A DNA stretch of 22,612 nt from Leptospirales bacterium. GTDB lineage: Bacteria; Spirochaetota; Leptospiria; Turneriellales; JAOUFE01. Every line of letters starts with the position of its first letter. Within the stretch, counting starts at the first letter, position 1. Below are positions 1 through 8,507 of the stretch, one piece after another. The position numbers were made by a program, and so were the translations under genes. Location of the stretch: NCBI GenBank assembly GCA_040326155.1, contig JBEQLE010000072.1, forward strand, positions 1 through 22,612. Reading direction: 5' to 3'. The notes beneath the pieces were generated by a model that was given only the letters and a program-made list of their open reading frames with translations, had not been told where the DNA came from and did no database searches.

Positions 1-939
1 GTTACAGATGGAACACAAAGTCGGATGATGGAAAAAGCGGGGAAATATAAATATGGCGATGATGCGATAGAAAAACTTGAGAAGAAATTACCAAGTAAAA
101 TAATATCAAAGAATTTACGTACTGAACTTATCAATTCGTTAAATAACAAAGCATTACAAGAACATGAAGTTAACAAAATATCGGTAAAAATTATAGGCAA
201 AAAGAATACTGCTCGTTATAAGCATATAATATTAAACTGCGCCAAATACCAAGTTTTAATTCCAGAGATTACAAATAGCATAAAAGCACTAAAATATCAG
301 TTTTTTAAATCAATCAATGAGATAACAGATAAGCTGCACGCTTCCACAACCGATAAGCATAAAGAAAGAATCATAGAATACCTACTTAAACAAAATGATA
401 AGTTTATAGCATTTCCTTATTTAAATCCGAACTATCTCCCAAGGCAGTATATGTTTGAAGGAATAAGTATGATTGATGATGAATGGGAGGAATGGCGGGA
501 TGCTGTGATGAAGGGATTAAAATACAATATGACCGAGATAATAGCAGAAGACGTTTACATTCATTATACTTTTGGTAATCCAGATCTTGGATACTTTGCC
601 ATTATCAACATTAATGAAACCGACAAGACATTTAATGTTGGTATACATTTTCTTCACAACAAAGGTGCAAAAGGTAAAGACACTTATTTTGATGGGTATG
701 TCGACTGGTTTATTGATGGAACAGCTAAAAGTGGAATTGAGCAAGGAAGAATCAAAATTCCAGCTAAGGATAAAAAGAAAGTTGGTTCAGGCAAAAAAAA
801 CGAAATGGATAAAGTAATTATTAGGTTAAAGGATAGAAAAATAAATATCGGGGTATTGCTTGAAGATAAAAAGAAAAATATTGAGGTAATAACCAATGGG
901 TGGCTTAACTTAAATGGCAACATTTATGAAGAAAATTAA
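1..939 (+). CDS. Hypothetical protein, probably 5'-truncated by the window edge
   Basis: Frame is open from base 1 (VTDGTQSR-MMEK...) to TAA at 937-939. AT-rich and Lys-rich. No family motif recognised. Confidence 0.6.
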   Translation, partial: VTDGTQSRMMEKAGKYKYGDDAIEKLEKKLPSKIISKNLRTELINSLNNKALQEHEVNKISVKIIGKKNTARYKHIILNCAKYQVLIPEITNSIKALKYQFFKSINEITDKLHASTTDKHKERIIEYLLKQNDKFIAFPYLNPNYLPRQYMFEGISMIDDEWEEWRDAVMKGLKYNMTEIIAEDVYIHYTFGNPDLGYFAIININETDKTFNVGIHFLHNKGAKGKDTYFDGYVDWFIDGTAKSGIEQGRIKIPAKDKKKVGSGKKNEMDKVIIRLKDRKINIGVLLEDKKKNIEVITNGWLNLNGNIYEEN

Positions 940-1032
940 TAAACAAAGTAATCTTAATTATGCTTAGAACCATAGAAAATAGAACAATGCAAGGTCATAA
1001 TTAATTGAAAAATTGAACATTTATTATACGTA

Positions 1033-3645
1033 ATGAAAAACAAATCCACCACATCACCACCCAACGCCTTCACAACCGACGGCCTGCTCTTCCCCGCAGA
1101 AGATCTGATCAGTATTCCTGATCTCATCTCGGGCAGCATCGACGCAAACGGTAAGATACGTCTAAGCGCAGAGGACATTACCCTCAACGCAGGCGGTCTT
1201 TCGTTGACCGGGGCGTCGGCTCTTTTGACCAACGACAAAATCGAAATGATCGGCCAGTGGCTTGGCTTGTCGCTGGCGCTCAGGGCGCAGATCGAAGAGA
1301 ACTCCTTCTCGCTTGTGGGTGATACGAGCTTTGAAACCGGCATCAATACCATTCAAAAAATGGCGCTACCGGCCACCCCTGTAACCTCCGAAATCGACTT
1401 GGGCGAGATTCACATTGAAAGCGCTATCGGCGTCGATGTTCAAATCGGGATGTCCCTCGATACCCTTTCGGTCAAACTCAACGTGGCTTTTAGTTGTTTG
1501 GGCGATCACTCCATCAGCTTTGAGGTCGATAAGTTGCCCGATACCATCGAGGGTTTTGCCAACCTCATCAGAGAGCAGGTCACCGACTGGGTGAGCGACA
1601 ACGTCTTGCCCGACACTTTTATTCCCAAGGATGGCGAGTTGCTGCCAGCCAACGACTTTGTGAGCGTCACCGGAAAACTCGCGGGCAACCTCACCCCGGA
1701 GGGCAAAATCTACCTCAGTGCAAGCAATGTCTCTCTGTCGGCTTTAAGGGGGACCTTCACCGTCGGTGAGGCCGATGCTCTTTTGACCAACGACACCATC
1801 GATGTCTCGGGAAAATGGCTGAACACCTTAGATATTGCCCTGGCCATAGAGGTTACTCAAGGCCACATCACCTTAATTGGAGATACCCAGATCGAGATCA
1901 GCACCTTCGACATTGACCTGACCTTTAGTAAACTGCCTGACCCCCTCGCAAAAATGATGGCGAATTTAACTAGAGAAATCACATGCTCAGGTTCGGGCGA
2001 TATACATGTCGAAATTGATAACGCCGATCTCAGCATTGGCATTGATCTCAAAATCATTTGCATGGGAAATCACTCCTTGCCCACATTTTCGATATCAGCT
2101 TCGCCGAGCAGTCTTACCGATCTTATCACCACAATCAAAAACGAGATCAACAATTGGGTTCTCGACAAGCTCTCGCCCGATACTTTTCTTCTTCTGGGGG
2201 CGTTTAAATTTCCATCGAGCCTGCCGGTGAAACTCACAGGAACGCTCGCCGGCTATTTTGACAAGTCAGGCGATTTTTCCATTGGAATCATGGATGCAGG
2301 GTTTACCATCGGGAGTTTTAATTTTGGAACTGTTACCCTGACGTTTGAAAACAGAAAGGTCGAATTTATCGGAAGCTTTCTTGCCGTCAAACTGACCGTA
2401 AATTTATTGCAGGAGGACAACCAACTTATACTCAAAGGGGATTGCGCCACCAAGACAATCAATTTTGGCGTCAACCTGGGAGCCCTCAGCTTTCCCATTC
2501 CCGTCATCAATTACAACTTAAACATCGGACCGCTCAGCATCAATATTGGCTCGCTGGATGTCGCTCTCGGTTTCGTTTTGCGTTTAACGTCATTTTCGTT
2601 TACGATAGCCTGCACCATTGTATTTTTTGGACTTACGAAAAGCATCTCCTTCACCTTATCGGTCGCTCCGTTAAACCTCGCGGCGCTCGTAACTGCCATT
2701 GGAACTGAGATTGCCAAACATGCCTGGAACTGGATTAAAGAGGTGATGGGAACGAACCCGTTTACCGTGGTCATCGCCATTGTGAATAAGGTGAACAATC
2801 CCTTGATCAGTATACAACTAAAGGGGTCTAAAATAGACAACCTCAACTTAAACAACGCTTTTGAAAGTATGATGACCATGGACCTCAACATCAAAATTGC
2901 AGGCGTTCAATTTCTTTCCGGTTCTCTAAAGAAAGAAGGTAGCGGGTATCGACTTAACGGTACAATTGGGTTTTCGACCAACCTGATCGGGCTCACCGGA
3001 ACCGTCTCGGGATATGTCGATTCCAGCGGAAATATTGAACTGACGGGTACGAACAACCTGACATTCAACGGCACTACCCTGCTGAGCGTCTCGACTACCC
3101 TGACAAATACCTCCCTTACATTTTCAGCAAGCTTTATGGGAGAAAACCGCACCTTGCGATTCGACGCAAATGCCAAAACAATCAGCATGGATGATTTTGA
3201 CCTGTCGACAAGTATCAGTAATATCCCCATTCCAACTGTCAAAAAAGGCGGCGCCCCCGGTGGATTCGGGCCTATTTTTACTACCTTAAACGACGGTGTC
3301 ACCCTGCCCAGCGCCCGTGTCTCTTTTACAATAGGAGGCACATTTTATCTTAAAATCTCTTCCAGTTTTACAGTGCCTAATTTTAACTTAAGCGCCTCTG
3401 TCACCCTTATCATTGCCAGCCCGGGTTCTATTCAAGATATCTTTACACAGATGCCAACATTGCTGGCCAACAAAGTAGCTGAAAACATCCAAGGTCTTTG
3501 TAGTTTTCCCCGAATCAATTTTGACTACTCCTGGAACAGTCCCCATGCAGATCGCTACATCGACACCCGCTGGTACGGGGATCACAGTTTGAACGTAGCC
3601 TCATACCATGTCGATGCGCCCCATGTGGATGGGAATCTTTTCTGA
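1033..3645 (+). CDS. Large beta-strand-rich repeat protein (4 x ~186 aa) with a C-terminal aromatic-x-Asp motif tail; candidate radical SAM substrate
   Basis: 870-aa ORF. Repeats share G-x-(I/L/F/V)-x-x-x-G early and end in a P..(I/L)..(F/L/I) amphipathic helix. Identical 19-mer gctcttttgaccaacgaca at 1219 and 1777 (558 nt apart). Tail is WNSPHADRYIDTRWYGDHSLNVASYHVDAPHVDGNLF. No signal peptide evident. Confidence 0.85.
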   Translation: MKNKSTTSPPNAFTTDGLLFPAEDLISIPDLISGSIDANGKIRLSAEDITLNAGGLSLTGASALLTNDKIEMIGQWLGLSLALRAQIEENSFSLVGDTSFETGINTIQKMALPATPVTSEIDLGEIHIESAIGVDVQIGMSLDTLSVKLNVAFSCLGDHSISFEVDKLPDTIEGFANLIREQVTDWVSDNVLPDTFIPKDGELLPANDFVSVTGKLAGNLTPEGKIYLSASNVSLSALRGTFTVGEADALLTNDTIDVSGKWLNTLDIALAIEVTQGHITLIGDTQIEISTFDIDLTFSKLPDPLAKMMANLTREITCSGSGDIHVEIDNADLSIGIDLKIICMGNHSLPTFSISASPSSLTDLITTIKNEINNWVLDKLSPDTFLLLGAFKFPSSLPVKLTGTLAGYFDKSGDFSIGIMDAGFTIGSFNFGTVTLTFENRKVEFIGSFLAVKLTVNLLQEDNQLILKGDCATKTINFGVNLGALSFPIPVINYNLNIGPLSINIGSLDVALGFVLRLTSFSFTIACTIVFFGLTKSISFTLSVAPLNLAALVTAIGTEIAKHAWNWIKEVMGTNPFTVVIAIVNKVNNPLISIQLKGSKIDNLNLNNAFESMMTMDLNIKIAGVQFLSGSLKKEGSGYRLNGTIGFSTNLIGLTGTVSGYVDSSGNIELTGTNNLTFNGTTLLSVSTTLTNTSLTFSASFMGENRTLRFDANAKTISMDDFDLSTSISNIPIPTVKKGGAPGGFGPIFTTLNDGVTLPSARVSFTIGGTFYLKISSSFTVPNFNLSASVTLIIASPGSIQDIFTQMPTLLANKVAENIQGLCSFPRINFDYSWNSPHADRYIDTRWYGDHSLNVASYHVDAPHVDGNLF

Positions 3646-3657
3646 GGAAATATCAAG

Positions 3658-5661
3658 ATGAGCGCAGAGATACGACCACTCGGAACAAAATGCAACCTGC
3701 AATGTAGCTATTGCTACCAGGACCACCAAAGAGAAGCAGAGCGTTCTTTCGCTACAAAACCAGAGTCATATAATTTCGAAAATATAAAACCGACCCTCGA
3801 AAAGATGGGAAGAGAGTTTACTCTTTTTGGCGGCGAACCTTTGCTCTTGCCGCTTAGAGAACTCGAAAAGATATTTCACTGGGGGTTTGAGAAATTTGGC
3901 AAAAATGCAATACAGACAAACGGCACCTTGATCACCGATGAACACATCGAGCTTTTCAAAAAGTATAAAGTCGGCGTCGGAATATCGATCGACGGTCCGG
4001 GAGAACTCAACGACTTGCGATGGGCGGGTACACAAGAGAAGACTCGCAGCTTGACTCGGCGTACTATTCAATCTATAGAACGCCTTTGCAAAGAGGACCA
4101 GCGCCCATGTCTGATCATCACCTTGCACAAAAACAACGCCTCCGCCGAAAAACTACCGCTATTAATAGATTGGTTGAAGAGTTTAGACAAAATGGGATTA
4201 CCCGCAGCGAGACTCCATATTCTGGAAAACAACAACGACACCATTCGAGAAAAACATGCGTTATCGAATCGGGAAAACATTCATACGTTTTCTGAATTAT
4301 ATAAATTACAAGAAAAGTGTAGCAACCTGCGCTTTGATGTTTTCGATGATATTAATTCTTTACTCAAAGGCGACGACACAAAAACCACCTGCGTTTGGGG
4401 CGGCTGCGACCCCTACACCACACGGGCGTTAACCGCAGTCGAAGCAAACGGCGAGATCACCCATTGTGGGAAATTAACGAAAGAAGGAATCAGCTTTACG
4501 AAAGCCAATCAAGAGGGGTTCGAACGCTATATCTCTTTATACTTTACGCCCCAAGAAAACGGAGGCTGTAACGGTTGCCGCTTCTTTTTGATGTGCAAAG
4601 GGCAGTGCCCCGGAACGTCCATCGACAGCGACTGGCGAAACAAAACCGAATACTGCGAAGTCTGGAAAGCTCTATTGGAAAGGGCAGAAAAACGGATGGT
4701 TGAAAATGGCGAGACTCCGCTATCACTTTTACCCGAAAGAGAAGAACTCGAAAATCGAATGCTCTTTGCCTGGACTTTCGGAAGCAACCCTCCGATCCAT
4801 TATCAATTCGAAAAACTCAAAAAAGAACAATACGGACAACATGACAAAGAAGAAAGTGGAAATTTTACGATGACACTTGATCACGGCGTTACGAAATTGA
4901 ACGGTAAAAACAACGATCAAATTACAGGTCCCGGTTTTACGTTGCACAATTTTATGCGTATCCAATGGGTAGGCGAAAAAGCCCGTGAAACCTGGGGGGA
5001 ACGTTTTGAAAAAATACAAGCGTGGTTGGCCCAAAACAAGGAGCGCTTCAATGTGCCGGAGTGTTGCCGGGAGTTCCAGAAAAGTCTAGAGCAAAACAAG
5101 CTTGATCCGTTATGGTATATCATAAACAACACAGATAACGAAGCGCCCGGAAAAAACAAAAATCAAAACGAATATACCATGGACCAACATGGCGGTTTGA
5201 ATATTCTTGTATGGACGCTTGGGTTAGACCTTCTCGGATATTGGCCCTGTAGCTGCGAGTGCGAAGAGTCACAAGAAAAAGTACGAACACTTTTGTCGCT
5301 AACTGGCGCTAACGAAGAGGAAGATTCAGATTCCCAAATTTTGCACTGGCTAAAAGAGATACTCACTTGGCCGATGGAGTGGTCATCCTTGCATGGCATT
5401 ACCGAGATCAAAACACCGGTGATGAAGGTCATCACCAACACCGTCGCGACTCTGGAAAAACTAACCGTGATTTTTCAAGGCAATCACTACCCGCAAGAGG
5501 GGGCAACCGGTCTTTCGTTCCCGTATAACGCCAGGCGGGATGCTCCAGAAGATTACCCGGTGAACGGCAAACGACTCCGAGACACTCAAAAGGGTCATTT
5601 GCAGAAGAACGAATATGACAATACGGTAAAACATTTTGAAAAAGCGACTCAAACCGTATGA
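3658..5661 (+). CDS. Radical SAM/SPASM-domain maturase-like enzyme with a fused C-terminal Cys/Trp-rich domain
   Basis: CNLQCSYC (CxxxCxxC, aa 12-19), FGGEPLL, IQTNGTL, GISIDGP. SPASM-type cysteines CVWGGC...HC...CNGCRFFLMCKGQCPG...YC. Extra domain at aa ~427-623. Starts 12 nt after the upstream gene, with gagga SD. Confidence 0.92.
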   Translation: MSAEIRPLGTKCNLQCSYCYQDHQREAERSFATKPESYNFENIKPTLEKMGREFTLFGGEPLLLPLRELEKIFHWGFEKFGKNAIQTNGTLITDEHIELFKKYKVGVGISIDGPGELNDLRWAGTQEKTRSLTRRTIQSIERLCKEDQRPCLIITLHKNNASAEKLPLLIDWLKSLDKMGLPAARLHILENNNDTIREKHALSNRENIHTFSELYKLQEKCSNLRFDVFDDINSLLKGDDTKTTCVWGGCDPYTTRALTAVEANGEITHCGKLTKEGISFTKANQEGFERYISLYFTPQENGGCNGCRFFLMCKGQCPGTSIDSDWRNKTEYCEVWKALLERAEKRMVENGETPLSLLPEREELENRMLFAWTFGSNPPIHYQFEKLKKEQYGQHDKEESGNFTMTLDHGVTKLNGKNNDQITGPGFTLHNFMRIQWVGEKARETWGERFEKIQAWLAQNKERFNVPECCREFQKSLEQNKLDPLWYIINNTDNEAPGKNKNQNEYTMDQHGGLNILVWTLGLDLLGYWPCSCECEESQEKVRTLLSLTGANEEEDSDSQILHWLKEILTWPMEWSSLHGITEIKTPVMKVITNTVATLEKLTVIFQGNHYPQEGATGLSFPYNARRDAPEDYPVNGKRLRDTQKGHLQKNEYDNTVKHFEKATQTV

Positions 5662-5718
5662 AAAATTTGAAATAGTAGATGTATAAATGAAACATGCGAA
5701 TTACATAAGGAGAAAACG

Positions 5719-8280
5719 ATGCAACTAAAAGATTCTGAACTAATCGTAAACGATGAGGACGGTAAAACGGAACCATCCCTGAAAAAAACTGTCCGAAAAA
5801 ACGAAAAGGGCGAGGTGGTTGAAGATGGGCTAGAGATCATTACCCCGTTTATCGCCATCGGGAAAAACGTCAAGGCGACCGGGCAAAACGCCATGGCCAT
5901 CGGAAACAACAACGATGCTACAGGGAATTCCTCTTTCGCCCTGGGCAGCAACACGCAAGCCGGCGGACAATCTGCGCTCTCAATGGGTTTCGATACAAAA
6001 GCCACAGGAGATTTCTCGACGGCCATCGGCCACACCACCGAAGCCGCAGGCGATACCTCTACGGCGATGGGTGTAGCTACAAAAGCTCTTGCAAAATTCT
6101 CAACAGCCATGGGCGGCAATACTCAAGCCGAAGGCACCTATTCAACGGCAATGGGAATGGCAAGCAAGGCAACCGGTACAGGCTCCACCTCACTGGGCAA
6201 TATAACCATAGCCGAAGGTGAGGCGTCCGTATCTATGGGAAGCAATACAAAGGCCACCGGCGAGAATTCGGCCTCCATGGGAAAGGAAAGCATAGCTTCC
6301 GGTGCGCAATCGCTGGCCGCCGGAGAGGCGAGCGCCGCGACGGGCATGGATGGCGTTGCGCTTGGCAAAGCAACTGCGGCTAACGGGAGTTATTCAACCT
6401 CCATAGGAAATGCTACCATTGCCGATGGTGATTCTTCTTTGGCTGCGGGCCGGGGAACAAAAGCTGAAGGGCAAATCTCGATGGCAATGGGTAACGCAAC
6501 CGAAGCCAAGGGTTATGCCTCGACGGCGCTCGGAAAAAACACCGTGGCCGAAGGGCAGGCGTCGACAGCCATGGGTGTTTCCACATCGGCTTCCGGGGAT
6601 GGCGCGACGTCAATGGGCTATATGACAAAAGCGACCGGAAACAACTCGCTGGCATCGGGCCTTTTAACCGAAGCTGGTGGAAGTTCTGCCACTGCCATGG
6701 GAAAAGAGTCAAAAGCTACCGGCAACGGCGCAACATCGATGGGGGCATTTACCGAAGCCGCCGGAGACTCTTCGTTGGCGACCGGAAAAGAAACCAAAGC
6801 CACGGGCAACGGCGCAACCTCAATGGGTATAACCACCAAAGCCGAAGGGCTTGCGTCGTTATCGACGGGAACCGAAACCAAAGCCTCGGGCGAAGCCAGC
6901 GTAGCTATGGGGGACGAAACACAAGCAACCGGGGTAAACTCCGTAGCGATGGGCAAAGCCACACAGGCTACCGGCATATCATCCCTCTCGACCGGAGACG
7001 AAACAATCGCCGCAGGCGATCACGCGATATCGGCCGGCGCACAGACCAACGCGCAAGCTTATGGCTCCGTGGCTCTGGGGCAGTACAACAAGAGAGAAGG
7101 CAACCCGACCCAATGGGATTTAAACGATCCACTGATAAGCGTCGGAAACGGAAATAACGGATATCAAGAACCTCCCCCTGAGCCGGGAGATGATTATCAG
7201 CCGCCGCCTGTCAATGTCGATCGAAACAACGCCATGACTCTCTCTAAAAACGGAGATCTATCGATTGCGGGAAAATTTACCCCTGACGGAAATTGTTATG
7301 CGGAGTATTTTGAGGCTGGCAATGATATGCCAACCCAATTCACGAACGTCGAATTTGATGGAATCATCGCAGGGTTAACACCCGCAACAGATGCGCAACC
7401 GGAAGCGGTAGCCGAGGCGGAAGCAAATCAAGAGGTCATGCGGACCAATTACTCAGCCGACACGGATAACACACTGTACGTACTTGCCGATCCAATTACA
7501 GTCGAAGAAAAAATAAAAATATTTCATATTTTAGAGGCGACCGGTAATGATCAGATCGATACGAAATTAGAAACCGGAAAGTCTGTTGTCTTATTGGAAA
7601 ACGGAAAGATCAGACCGGCGCAAGATGGGGAAATTCCCTTTGGCATTATTTCAGCCAACGCGGGTACGGTCGGGGGCGATTACACAGAGTGGCCCAAAAA
7701 ATATGCACGAGATGACTTTGGGAGTATCATTACAGAAACGTATCAAACACCCGTTATGAAACCTAGCACGATATTTCAACAAGTAATGAAACCGCAAATG
7801 CAAGATCCCGATCCAGACAACCCCAAAACAAAAAAAGTCACCACCTACGAATATGAACCCTTCTTTTTCGATAATAATGAAGTGAAACATTATCGAAGAA
7901 TACCAATCACCACGGATGTACCCGACACCGCGCCAAGACCGGTTTTCAACACCTTCGTTTTGTATGATGAGTTAAAAACCAAAGAGATCGGACAGCATAT
8001 TATTCCGGCACTTGTTGAGGGAACGGTGAGCGTCCCGGTGGTTGATGACAACGGAGACCCTGTCATGGTCAAATCCACAGAAGTTATCACCGCAGAGCGC
8101 AAAAAGATCAGCGGCGATTATAACCCGGAACAAGAGTACAGCCCGCGAAGCGCACGCCCGGAATGGAACGCTGTAGGATTGGTCGGTAAAATTCCACTTA
8201 TCAAGGGACAACCCGTTGCGCCAACATGGATCAAAATCAGAGACATCTCAAATGAAGTGGAACTCTGGTTGGTCAAGTAG
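5719..8280 (+). CDS. Tailspike/adhesin-like protein: YadA-head (Hep_Hag-like) 14-aa repeats plus C-terminal Peptidase_G2-like intramolecular chaperone/autocleavage domain
   Basis: 29 consecutive 14-aa repeats A-x-G-x-x-S-x-A-(M/L)-G-x-x-T-x. C-terminal motifs YAEYFE, GKSVVLLENGKIRPA, PFGIIS, WPKKYARDDFG, YNPEQEYSPRSARPEWNAVGLVGK, WIKIRDISNEVELWLVK match the phi29 gp12-type Peptidase_G2 domain. aggag SD upstream. Confidence 0.88.
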   Translation: MQLKDSELIVNDEDGKTEPSLKKTVRKNEKGEVVEDGLEIITPFIAIGKNVKATGQNAMAIGNNNDATGNSSFALGSNTQAGGQSALSMGFDTKATGDFSTAIGHTTEAAGDTSTAMGVATKALAKFSTAMGGNTQAEGTYSTAMGMASKATGTGSTSLGNITIAEGEASVSMGSNTKATGENSASMGKESIASGAQSLAAGEASAATGMDGVALGKATAANGSYSTSIGNATIADGDSSLAAGRGTKAEGQISMAMGNATEAKGYASTALGKNTVAEGQASTAMGVSTSASGDGATSMGYMTKATGNNSLASGLLTEAGGSSATAMGKESKATGNGATSMGAFTEAAGDSSLATGKETKATGNGATSMGITTKAEGLASLSTGTETKASGEASVAMGDETQATGVNSVAMGKATQATGISSLSTGDETIAAGDHAISAGAQTNAQAYGSVALGQYNKREGNPTQWDLNDPLISVGNGNNGYQEPPPEPGDDYQPPPVNVDRNNAMTLSKNGDLSIAGKFTPDGNCYAEYFEAGNDMPTQFTNVEFDGIIAGLTPATDAQPEAVAEAEANQEVMRTNYSADTDNTLYVLADPITVEEKIKIFHILEATGNDQIDTKLETGKSVVLLENGKIRPAQDGEIPFGIISANAGTVGGDYTEWPKKYARDDFGSIITETYQTPVMKPSTIFQQVMKPQMQDPDPDNPKTKKVTTYEYEPFFFDNNEVKHYRRIPITTDVPDTAPRPVFNTFVLYDELKTKEIGQHIIPALVEGTVSVPVVDDNGDPVMVKSTEVITAERKKISGDYNPEQEYSPRSARPEWNAVGLVGKIPLIKGQPVAPTWIKIRDISNEVELWLVK
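5875..7092 (+). repeat. Coding tandem array of 29 x 42-nt (14-aa) beta-roll repeats
   Basis: Runs from ATGQNAMAIGNNND to AQAYGSVALGQYNK with no indels. Confidence 0.9.
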
Positions 8281-8372
8281 AAGAAGTTCAAGAATAAAGA
8301 AAATATGGCCGACGAAGACTGCGGTAATCTCGATGGGGAAATCCACAAGCGGCGGCGGGTAGACAGACCGCG

Positions 8373-8391
8373 TTGGGGAATTCCCCGGCAT
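8373..8391. repeat. 19-bp palindrome-containing repeat, copy 1
   Basis: ttggggaattccccggcat; 18/19 identical to 10193-10211. A degenerate copy tggggaaatccac lies at 8334-8346. Confidence 0.75.
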
Positions 8392-8507
8392 AGGGGGGAC
8401 ATATATTATTTTAAAGACCTTTTTTACTTGAAAGTCCAAGCCCCGCCCCTGAAATGAGACATCGCCGCACCAACCGACGCCAACGACAATGATTACAAGA
8501 GAAAAAT

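Noticed and set aside
3658..5661. Anaerobic sulfatase maturase or His-Xaa-Ser system enzyme
   Set aside because: No sulfatase in the window. The neighbouring motifs are H/Y-x-D rather than HxS, and no other Hxs components are visible.
5719..8280. Trimeric autotransporter adhesin or intact prophage
   Set aside because: No signal peptide or YadA anchor barrel, and no other phage structural genes in the window.
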